DNA of 25,902 nucleotides from Deltaproteobacteria bacterium (GTDB lineage Bacteria; Desulfobacterota; Binatia; UBA9968): NCBI GenBank assembly GCA_020027655.1, contig JAHKKJ010000001.1, positions 1 to 25,902 of the forward strand, read 5' to 3'. Shown piece by piece: positions 18,740 to 25,902 of this stretch (position 1 is its first letter; each line of letters starts with the position of its first letter). The notes under the pieces were generated by a model. It saw only the letters and a program-made list of their open reading frames with translations, ran no database searches and was not told where the DNA came from. The position numbers and the translations under genes were made by a program.

Positions 18740-19516
18740 TCAGGGGGCATTAGAAAAATGCGCGCGCCAGTAATAATTGACCAGTCCAACATACTCGTGC
18801 AGGGACATAAGGATTTCCCTCGCGGCGCTTTCACTCGGAAAGAACTGGAAAGGTTCAAGTTCGAATGCGCCGAGCGAGAAATCCCCGGGCGCCGGGATGG
18901 GATCCGGCGCTTTGGCTTTGAAGGCGAGCATGCTTCGCGGCATGTGAGCGGCCGACGTGACTAATAAATAACGTTTCCAGCCTTTCTGCAGGAGGAGTTT
19001 TTCCACTTCGACGGCGCTCTCGAAGGTGTCGCGCGAGCGACCCTCGCCGAGCACGTCGCTCTTCGGCACACCCCAGCGGATCAGGTAGTCGCGGGCGATC
19101 CGGTTCTCGTCCTTGGCGGGCGTGAATGGGTTGACATGACCGCCGGATACAACGATCGGCTTGGGTCGAATATGATAGAGCCGCCACGCCTCCTCAAGAC
19201 GGCGAAACATGGATCTGTCAATGCTTGGAAAGGGGATAAGTCCCCCAGCAGGGATCATGCCGCCCGTTAGGACAACGATGGCATCATAGGGCTCAACCTT
19301 AGTGGGGTCGATCAGCGGTGGATAGCGCGATTCGAGCGGATGGTTAAGCAGGTAGCCAAAGACCCCGCTGTGGAACACGACGATTAAACAGAAAGTCACG
19401 AAGAGCAGTTTTCTCGCCCAGCGCCGGCGCCAAAAGATCAACACGGCCAGAAGCATGAGCATCCACGGCAGCGGCGGCAGGATCAGTACTTTGAGGAACT
19501 GCTTAAGAACAAACAT
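18740..19516 (-). CDS. YdcF/DUF218 (ElyC/SanA-like) membrane-anchored protein
   Basis: Two N-terminal TMs; IVVLTGG, IVVSGG, SRDTFESA, LLVTSAAHMPRS, HEYVG. Confidence 0.88.
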   Translation of the reverse strand: MFVLKQFLKVLILPPLPWMLMLLAVLIFWRRRWARKLLFVTFCLIVVFHSGVFGYLLNHPLESRYPPLIDPTKVEPYDAIVVLTGGMIPAGGLIPFPSIDRSMFRRLEEAWRLYHIRPKPIVVSGGHVNPFTPAKDENRIARDYLIRWGVPKSDVLGEGRSRDTFESAVEVEKLLLQKGWKRYLLVTSAAHMPRSMLAFKAKAPDPIPAPGDFSLGAFELEPFQFFPSESAAREILMSLHEYVGLVNYYWRAHFSNAP

Positions 19517-19597
19517 CTGCGGTTAATTGCCCAAGGTCTTTGTCCGGAGCTTGGCAAAGGGGCTCAAGATGAGAAACAAGAAGGATACCTGTGTTGG

Positions 19598-20242
19598 TTA
19601 TTCCGCGTCGGGTTGGTTTTCTGGTACCGCATCGGCGAAAGCCGGCAGCGCGTTGCAGGCAGTTTCGATCCGGAGCAGCGTGGGATACACGGAAAGATCG
19701 CAGCCGAAACGGCGCGCGTTGGCCAGCTGAGGCACAAGGCAAATATCCGCAAAGGTTGGTGTGTCACCAAAGCAAAACGTTCCACGTTTGCGGCCGGAGA
19801 CCACGCTCTGTTCGAGGGCGGATAAGCCGAGATCAATCCAATGCCGCGCCCAGAGGTTCAGTTCGTCGTCTGAATGCTTCAAATTGTTCTTGAGATGGAC
19901 GAGTACCCTGAGGTTCTGAATCGGATGGATTTCGCATGCGATGATGAGCGCCATGCTTCGCACCAGCGCGCGGTCTGCCGGATCGGCCGGGAGTAACGGT
20001 GGCTTTGGATAGCGTTCCTCCAGGTACTCCAAGATAGCCAACGACTGAGTGAGGATCCGCCCGCCCTCTTCAAGCGCCGGGACCAACGACTGTGGATTGA
20101 TGGCTTTGTAAGTTGCGCTGAACTGCTCACCGCCGCCGCGCCGCAAATGGATCGGCACCTGCTCATAGCTCAACCCCTTTAAATTGAGCGCGATGCGCAC
20201 GCGATAGGATGCCGAGCTGCGAAAGAAAGTGTATAGTTTCAT
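19598..20242 (-). CDS. maiA: Maleylacetoacetate/maleylpyruvate isomerase (GST zeta)
   Basis: MKLYTFFRSSASYRVRIALNLKG, NPQSLVP, LTQSLAILEYLEE, IACEIHPIQNLRVL. Confidence 0.92.
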   Translation of the reverse strand: MKLYTFFRSSASYRVRIALNLKGLSYEQVPIHLRRGGGEQFSATYKAINPQSLVPALEEGGRILTQSLAILEYLEERYPKPPLLPADPADRALVRSMALIIACEIHPIQNLRVLVHLKNNLKHSDDELNLWARHWIDLGLSALEQSVVSGRKRGTFCFGDTPTFADICLVPQLANARRFGCDLSVYPTLLRIETACNALPAFADAVPENQPDAE

Positions 20243-20335
20243 CTTTGAGAACCTCTTGAAAGTTGGGTTTAATCTCTTTAGGTCAATTCCTCGCAGCTTG
20301 CTGCGTAAAAGCTATTGCCAGACCTCTAAAAGTCC

Positions 20336-20412
20336 GTCATTCCCGAATGCTTCTATCGGGAATCCAGCCCAAACTATGACTGGACCCCCGATAAAATACG
20401 TTCGGGGGTGAC
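20336..20412. repeat. REP-like two-hairpin element
   Basis: GTCATTCCCGA-ATGCTTCTA-TCGGGAATCCAG ... CTGGACCCCCGA-TAAAATACGT-TCGGGGGTGAC; a further CGCAGC-TT-GCTGCG palindrome lies at 20292-20305. Confidence 0.75.
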
Positions 20413-20436
20413 AACTTTGAGACTCGAAACGCGCTC

Positions 20437-21411
20437 TTACGCTCCCGGTTTCACTGCCAGTATTCCTGGCATTCCGCTGGCAACCACCCGTGCTCCCGAT
20501 TCGTCAATCGCGTAAAGAGTTCCGTCCGATAGTCCGGCGACGATACCGTTTCCGTCGGGGCTCGGACACATGCTCATGACTCCGCCGTACAAACCTTGGA
20601 TAACGGTTTCCCACCGGGATCCGGCGTCGTGGGTGCGGAAAATCGCGGCCTTCGCCCCTTCCTCCCTGATCCAGGTGTTGGGTCGTCCCTTGGCGCTGCC
20701 CAAGTAGACGACACCTTCAGCGTCTTCGATGACGGACATGCCGTAGTCGTGGCTCTTGGGCGTGATTTCTTCCCAGTGCGCGGCGCGGTCGAAGCTCCGA
20801 AACGACTTGTCGCCACAAGCCGCATACACCACTCCGGGCGATTTCTCGCAGGCGTGAACTTCGTGCACGTCCATGTCCGTGAGGCCGTTATTGGCCGGCT
20901 GCCAATTGTGCCCGCCATCGTCGCTGAGCAGCATACCGCCGACTTCGATGCCGGCGTAGAGCCGCGTCGGCATCAACGGGTCGGAGGCCAAATAGCGGGC
21001 GCGCGATTGCAACTCGGGGCTTGGCGGGAAGTTCGCGTTAGCGCTGTTCATGCGCACGCCCTCCAACTCTTCCCACCCGCCGCCGACTTTGCTGCGAAAA
21101 ACCGCTGACGGCACCGTGCCGACCATGACTCCACCGTTCAGTGCCAGCGCCGAAAACAACATCATCCTCGGAACATTGGGATCGGCTCTTAGCCAGTGCG
21201 AGCCCGCGTCTTTGCTGTAAAAGAGGCCCGAGTGTTCGGTTCCTGCGTAAATCAACTCTGGATTCTCCGGATCTACGGCCAAGCAGGTGAGCGTCCAGTA
21301 GCTCAAGTCGCGCTTCACTTGCTTCCATTCTCGCCCGTCCTTTTCAAAACGGTACCAACCTGACATCGTGGCTACATGCAAGCCCTTAGTTTTGGTGTTC
21401 GCACCGCTCAT
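20437..21411 (-). CDS. BNR/Asp-box beta-propeller protein
   Basis: Asp-boxes SKDAGSHW, SDDGGHNW, SFDRAAHW, THDAGSRW. Confidence 0.85.
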   Translation of the reverse strand: MSGANTKTKGLHVATMSGWYRFEKDGREWKQVKRDLSYWTLTCLAVDPENPELIYAGTEHSGLFYSKDAGSHWLRADPNVPRMMLFSALALNGGVMVGTVPSAVFRSKVGGGWEELEGVRMNSANANFPPSPELQSRARYLASDPLMPTRLYAGIEVGGMLLSDDGGHNWQPANNGLTDMDVHEVHACEKSPGVVYAACGDKSFRSFDRAAHWEEITPKSHDYGMSVIEDAEGVVYLGSAKGRPNTWIREEGAKAAIFRTHDAGSRWETVIQGLYGGVMSMCPSPDGNGIVAGLSDGTLYAIDESGARVVASGMPGILAVKPGA

Positions 21412-21490
21412 GTTTTGCTCCTCTCGTGTTTATAGATGTTTTAATACGACGAACTCGCTCCCGGTATAAATCGCAAATGTTTGCACTCTG

Positions 21491-22123
21491 TCAACGTCGC
21501 CAAATGTGAATCAGGTCTTGAGAGTTGACAACATCCGCGAACCGCTCCATGCGCTTCAGCGCGGCGTTGTGGCCTTCTTCGGTGTAAGTGCCGACGCAAT
21601 CGCGCGCAACGACCATAAAGTAACCGCGATGGTAGCCGTCCCGCACCGTGGCCTCAACACCGCCGTCGGTGGTGCAGCCGATCATCACGATCGTATACGC
21701 TCTCCGATTCGAGAACACGGTTTCAAACTCGTTGCCGATGAACATCGTCGGGCGCCGCTTGTCGATGACGATGTCGTTTTCACCGGGCTTAAATGGCTCC
21801 ATGATCTGCCAGCCTAAGCTGCCGTGAAGGCGGCGTGGCGTGAGCTTGCTGGGGTGATCGACTTTTTGTGTCTGCATGAAGCGATGAATCCAGGCCGGTG
21901 ACTCTTCTTTCCACAAGTAGGGAGTCTGGCGGGTATAGACAGTTTTGATCCCAGCGCCTGCCCCCGCCGCAATGAGCGGCGGCGCATTTCGTATCAGCGC
22001 GTCCTTATTAAACGCGCCGCCTGCCTGATCGTTCTGCATGTCCCAGACCAGAAGAACCGTACGGCTCGGCTCGACGATCTCACTCAACTCGTTAGGTATC
22101 TTTCTTCCTTCGAAATCAATCAT
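21491..22123 (-). CDS. Isochorismatase-family hydrolase lacking the catalytic Cys
   Basis: VWDMQND (Asp) and IDKRRPTMF (Lys) are present; GCTTDGGVEATVRDG has Gly at the usual Cys position; GGAGG RBS before ATG 22123. Confidence 0.88.
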   Translation of the reverse strand: MIDFEGRKIPNELSEIVEPSRTVLLVWDMQNDQAGGAFNKDALIRNAPPLIAAGAGAGIKTVYTRQTPYLWKEESPAWIHRFMQTQKVDHPSKLTPRRLHGSLGWQIMEPFKPGENDIVIDKRRPTMFIGNEFETVFSNRRAYTIVMIGCTTDGGVEATVRDGYHRGYFMVVARDCVGTYTEEGHNAALKRMERFADVVNSQDLIHIWRR

Positions 22124-22219
22124 ATTCGCCTCCACTTAAGAATCTCAAACAGCATGTTTCAAATCGAAATCTGAGATTTGCCATTTGCGATTTGAGATTC
22201 CTGGCTCAGCCAGGACTTG

Positions 22220-22452
22220 TCATCTGGTCAATCCCAAATCTCTGCGCGCTTTCTCGAGAAAACTAAAATCAACGACCTGCTCCACCGTAACCGGTCGGGA
22301 AACTTTGGCATTGGTGCGCATCAGGTCGATCAAAAACTGGACCTCCTCGGGTGTTACCTGGGCCTCCTTAGTGACGACCCGCTGCGAATAGCCGAGCATT
22401 TGCTCCGCTAGCTTGCGGTCGCTCATCAGAATGACATACGTGGCGTTTTCAT
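22220..22452 (-). pseudogene. 3' remnant of an NMT1/SsuA-like substrate-binding protein gene
   Basis: ...DENATYVILMSDRKLAEQ...VTVEQVVDFSFLEKARRDLG resembles the C-termini of the other two binding proteins; the 5' side abuts the repeat at 22453. Confidence 0.7.
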
Positions 22453-22699
22453 CATTGTGACACAGTCTCTGATGGGGAAGGTTGGGATAGGGGTGAGACG
22501 CGACGAACCTCAGCCGTTAAACTTGACACCCCTCTTCAATTCTCCCCCGTCAAGAGACCGTGTCGCAATGTCGCGACTATCCGGTTGTCATCCCGAGCGA
22601 ACGCGAGGGATCTAAGATTTCTCGCTGCTCTCGAAATGACACGAGAGGTCAAGAGACACCGCATTCCGCCAATACGACACAGTCTCCAAAGGGGGAGAA
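22453..22699. mobile_element. Nested REP/MITE-like non-autonomous elements
   Basis: Outer TTCTCCCCC(22540)/GGGGGAGAA(22691); middle GAGACCGTGTCG(22554)/CGACACAGTCTC(22675) flanked by CAA on both sides; inner TGTCATCCCGAGC(22586)...TCGAAATGACA(22641); an extra middle-type end at 22453-22469. Confidence 0.75.
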
Positions 22700-22749
22700 A
22701 GTATGATTGAATCGGTGTCGTGCAGACATCGATTTGTTCGCCTAGGTCT

Positions 22750-23859
22750 TCAGCTCGCCGCCAGTAGCCGTTCGTGACCCTTCTTCGAAATCGGCGCCAG
22801 GTCGGACGCGATCAGCGTCCAGCGTTCGCCGTTGGCGTCACCGCAATAGACCTCGCCGCCAGTGGTAGCGCCGAAGACCGAATAGCTGTCGCCCCAGTCT
22901 TCCAGGCACAAGGCGCCGAACTCATGCTTCAAACTTTCCGGGAGCCCTCCACCCAGCCGTTGCCAGTTCTTGCCGCCGTTGTTGCTGCGGTAAATCCGGC
23001 CTCCGGCGTAGGCACTTTTGCGCCAGGTCGTGGGGTTGTGCTCGGCGGCTGCGACGAACATGACATCCGGGTTGCGTGGGTTCAAAACGAAACCGTCCGG
23101 ATAGACGTCCTCAGCCCAATCAGGGCTGGTCCAGCGCTCCCAGCGACTGCCACCATCCGAGCTGACATAAAACCCGGCGCCACCCGTGACAAAGATTTTC
23201 TTGGGATCGCGGGGGTCGATGAGCGCTTTGTGAACGTCATAAAAATGCTCCGCGGGGCGGTCTTTGTCGCGGAAAAATCCGACGGTATTTAGCTCCGCCC
23301 AACTTTTTCCCGAGTCGGTGCTTTTCAACAATGCTCCTTGTTCGATGCAGGCGTAAATGGTGCTGGAATCGCGGGGATCAAAGGTGATGAACTTGGTGTG
23401 CGCGATGTGCGGGGGAGCTGGAAACGACCAGTTTGGAGTGCTTGGTACCGAGCGTAGCGCCGGCAGCTCAGTCCAGTGTTGCCCTAAGTCTTCGCTGCAG
23501 AACAGGTGCGCCGGTTGCGTGCCGGCATAAACACGAACTTTGCCGCCCACGACGTTTGAAGCCATGCTGTAAACGTCATGAATCGGGATACCATTGTCAC
23601 GCCGCTCCCAGGTTTTGCCGCCGTCGGCGCTGGCATGAACTGAACCGAAGAACGCGCCGGCAAACATCAGGCCGCTGGTCCGCTCAAAAATAATGGAACT
23701 GATATGCTCGCTGCGCAACGCGCGATGGGCTTCGCGCCATCTGCCATCGTCTGCGCGCTCGAACAGGACCAAGCCATCCTTGGTTCCGACCCAGAGTTGT
23801 CTCGACGGCTCGTTGGATGAATAGACGTTATTGCCACCATGAGAAAGTCCGATAGCCAT
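22750..23859 (-). CDS. BNR/Asp-box beta-propeller protein
   Basis: SADGGKTW, SEDLGQHW, STDSGKSW, SSDGGSRW, SNNGGKNW; AGGAGG RBS. Confidence 0.88.
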   Translation of the reverse strand: MAIGLSHGGNNVYSSNEPSRQLWVGTKDGLVLFERADDGRWREAHRALRSEHISSIIFERTSGLMFAGAFFGSVHASADGGKTWERRDNGIPIHDVYSMASNVVGGKVRVYAGTQPAHLFCSEDLGQHWTELPALRSVPSTPNWSFPAPPHIAHTKFITFDPRDSSTIYACIEQGALLKSTDSGKSWAELNTVGFFRDKDRPAEHFYDVHKALIDPRDPKKIFVTGGAGFYVSSDGGSRWERWTSPDWAEDVYPDGFVLNPRNPDVMFVAAAEHNPTTWRKSAYAGGRIYRSNNGGKNWQRLGGGLPESLKHEFGALCLEDWGDSYSVFGATTGGEVYCGDANGERWTLIASDLAPISKKGHERLLAAS

Positions 23860-23922
23860 AGCTTTCCTCCTTAGGGTTGAGATAGTTATTGCTCAATAAG
23901 CCCTAGATATCACACGTGGCAC

Positions 23923-23952
23923 ACTCTACCAACCCACGTTCTTGCCCGTCAA
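23923..23952 (-). promoter_or_regulatory. Putative sigma70 promoter for the 22750-23859 gene
   Basis: TTGACG-N18-TAGAGT with a TG extended -10. Confidence 0.5.
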
Positions 23953-24130
23953 CATGGTTGGCCAAGTCCCACTATTGCACGCACTTCCGAATGGATAATT
24001 CGGGACGATCTATTTGGGTATCATTCTTGGTCGATAGAGGACCGGTCTGATGGTGACGCCAAGGCTGCGGATTGATCTGTTAGACAACTTAGGCAGCCAG
24101 GCACCAAGCCTCGGGCACCAAGGCTCTTTT

Positions 24131-24223
24131 TTACTTCCGTTGTCTGTAGGCGCTCCGTCGTGCGAGGTAAAAAATAAGAGCCACGATGAGAATGATTGCC
24201 AGAGGTGGAGCAATGGCCGCCAT
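24131..24223 (-). CDS. Small single-pass membrane protein, 30 aa (MAAIAPPLAIILIVALIFYLARRSAYRQRK)
   Basis: AGGGAGG RBS 6 nt before the ATG; hydrophobic run followed by a basic tail; TAA at 24131-24133; below the ORF-track cutoff. Confidence 0.6.
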   Translation of the reverse strand: MAAIAPPLAIILIVALIFYLARRSAYRQRK

Positions 24224-24324
24224 GGGATACCTCCCTGTTGAGCCTGCCGCCGAAGATAAGACCGGTGATGCAGAGATTCTCGCACCGGCCAATCACGATT
24301 GTCAACCTATAGATTCCCCGCATA

Positions 24325-24385
24325 TGTAATTCCCGTTTGCCCTGAGTTAGTCGGAGGGCAGACTAAGGTTTTTCAGCGGAATCCA
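24325..24385. repeat. Degenerate REP-like repeat
   Basis: TGTAATTCCC...CGGAATCCA (compare GTCATTCCC...GGGAATCCA at 20336) enclosing GTTTGCCCTGAGTTAGTCGGAGGGCA. Confidence 0.45.
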
Positions 24386-24441
24386 AAGTGTCCCCTGCAA
24401 TACCGAGTTGGCCCTCCTGAAACTAGAACACTGCTCACTGG

Positions 24442-25236
24442 TCATCTGCTCGCATCTCTCGCCCCCTCGCTCCGCCGACCCTGGGTCCCGGGCTCGGCCG
24501 CCGCCACTAAGCTATCTGCCAGCAGACGGGCGATGCAGCTATAGCTCACGTCGTTCATGTGCAGGCCGTCGCTCGAGATGATGTCCTCTATTTTGTACTG
24601 GCCGCTCGATATCCAGTGCCGCATCACCGCGAACCGCCGGAACACGGCCACCTTCATGTCGTTGGCCACCGCACTGATCGAATCCACGATGAGCAGGTGC
24701 ACGGGCCGCGCGAGCAGGCGCGGGGCGAACTGCGGATCCATCAACACGACGTCGACCCGCGCCGCCTTGAGACGGCTGATCCCCTCGCGGATCGTGTCGG
24801 CATATCCCTCGATGCCCCCGCTCCTCAGCACCTGGTTGCTGCCCGTCTGCCAGATGACGAGCTGCGGGCGGTAAAGCAGCACGTCGCGCTCGAAGCGCGC
24901 CAGCATCTGGGAGGCGATCTCGCCGCTGATGCCCTTGTTGATCACCGTCACCTCGAGCTGCGGCCATCGGCGGCCCAGCTCTTCGGCGAGCAGGGCGGGA
25001 TAGGTGTGCGCCGGATCGGAGGCGCCGACTCCCTTCGTCGAGGAAGAACCGATGGCGACTATGACCATCGCCTTGCCCGAGCGGATCGCGCGGGCGGTGT
25101 TGGGCAGCCCCACCGTGAAACGCGTCATCTCTTGAGGCGCGGTGCAGTCGAGAGCCGTGTGCGAAACCTCGGCGGACGCTGCCGCGAGCAGCAAAAACGT
25201 CGCAGCGGAGGACACCGCCCATCGAAGCGCGCTCAT
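24442..25236 (-). CDS. Secreted SGNH/GDSL hydrolase, high GC
   Basis: Signal peptide; block I IGSSST, block II NKGISGE, block III WQTGSN, block V SDGLHMN. Confidence 0.9.
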   Translation of the reverse strand: MSALRWAVSSAATFLLLAAASAEVSHTALDCTAPQEMTRFTVGLPNTARAIRSGKAMVIVAIGSSSTKGVGASDPAHTYPALLAEELGRRWPQLEVTVINKGISGEIASQMLARFERDVLLYRPQLVIWQTGSNQVLRSGGIEGYADTIREGISRLKAARVDVVLMDPQFAPRLLARPVHLLIVDSISAVANDMKVAVFRRFAVMRHWISSGQYKIEDIISSDGLHMNDVSYSCIARLLADSLVAAAEPGTQGRRSEGARDASR

Positions 25237-25901
25237 CGGTCGCTGCCGGGGCTGGCCGCGGCCTTCGCAGCGGGGACGCTGCGCGTCACGAAGTCGGCCA
25301 TCGCGCGGCCGATGCAGTCATAAAGCTTCGCGGCAAGCTGGCGGCGCTTCTCAGCATCTCTCGCCCTCAGATCCAGCAAGTCACTCTCGGCCCAATAGCG
25401 CATGATGCCACGGCGGCGAAACAGCGGCACGTCGTTGGCGTTCGCCAGCTCGCGCATCGCGATCAGATAGGGTCCGAAGTGGATCATCGCGTCGGTCTCG
25501 CGCGAGAACTGCATGTTCATCAACACCACCTCGGCCTTCGCGGCGCGCAGTTCGTCCACCCCGGCCTGCAGCGTCTCCCGGAAGTCGTCGACGTCGGTCC
25601 CACGAACCGCCTCCATCGTGCCGGTCTCCCAGATCACAAGCGTTGGCTTCAGGGGGAGGACGTCGCGATCCAGGCGCTCGGCCGCCGCCTTGGCCGTCTG
25701 GCGTGCCACGGCGAGGTTGACCACCTTGGTGGGGGTTGACGGGAACCTCCCGGCGAGCGCCAAGGCTAGACGCGCGGGCCAGGCGAGGCCGGGCCCGCCC
25801 GCCGCGAGCCCCACGGTGGAGGCTCCGCCGAGCGCGGCGATGACAACCTCCCGGCCGCTGGCGAGCGCCTTGGCCGTCTTCGTCAGCGGCGGCTCGAACG
25901 T
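25233..25901 (-). CDS. SGNH-fold protein, 5'-partial, apparently catalytically inactive
   Basis: Frame open to the window edge (TFEPPLTKTAKALASGREVVIAALGGASTVG...); WETGTMEA; SDLLDL in place of DxxH; ATGA overlap with the next gene. Confidence 0.85.
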   Translation of the reverse strand, partial: TFEPPLTKTAKALASGREVVIAALGGASTVGLAAGGPGLAWPARLALALAGRFPSTPTKVVNLAVARQTAKAAAERLDRDVLPLKPTLVIWETGTMEAVRGTDVDDFRETLQAGVDELRAAKAEVVLMNMQFSRETDAMIHFGPYLIAMRELANANDVPLFRRRGIMRYWAESDLLDLRARDAEKRRQLAAKLYDCIGRAMADFVTRSVPAAKAAASPGSDR

Positions 25902-25902
25902 G

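Noticed and set aside
18680-18760. GGGGGCATT repeated near the ydcF 3' end
   Set aside because: Only 9 bp, with no structure or context to suggest function.

Overview
Bacterial genomic DNA. The gene repertoire resembles Binatia/deltaproteobacteria-like soil bacteria (inference only). The window has five parts. (1) 1-~1300 is a low-GC block (two hand-counted 60-mers gave 20/60 G+C each) with two unrecognised minus-strand ORFs; the second, absent from the ORF track, ends in an in-frame YbhB/YbcL (PEBP) motif at the window edge. (2) 1426-6666 holds an OmpA lipoprotein, two orphan NMT1/SsuA-type binding proteins, a membrane protein, a YfhL ferredoxin fused to a Zn-ribbon/coiled coil, and an SDR. 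(3) 6789-13960 is the most striking part: a flagellar locus stripped to its regulators. A stand-alone receiver, two divergent sigma54 activators without input domains, flhG, fliA, flgM and csrA are open, with recognisable sigma54 and sigma28 promoters and FleQ-like boxes. Structural and accessory genes survive only as fragments (fliL-like, flgN-like, pseB, motB, and a possible second csrA). (4) 14370-23859 is a catabolic neighbourhood (bicupin, TPP enzyme, Rieske oxygenase, YdcF, MaiA, two BNR propellers, Cys-less isochorismatase) with REP-like repeats and a three-level nested inverted-repeat element next to a truncated binding-protein gene. (5) A 30-aa unannotated membrane peptide is followed by a high-GC block (a hand-counted 60-mer gave 43/60) encoding an SGNH hydrolase and an apparently catalytically dead partner. 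No rRNA, tRNA, CRISPR array, integrase or transposase was seen. All family calls come from motif recognition by eye, not from database searches.
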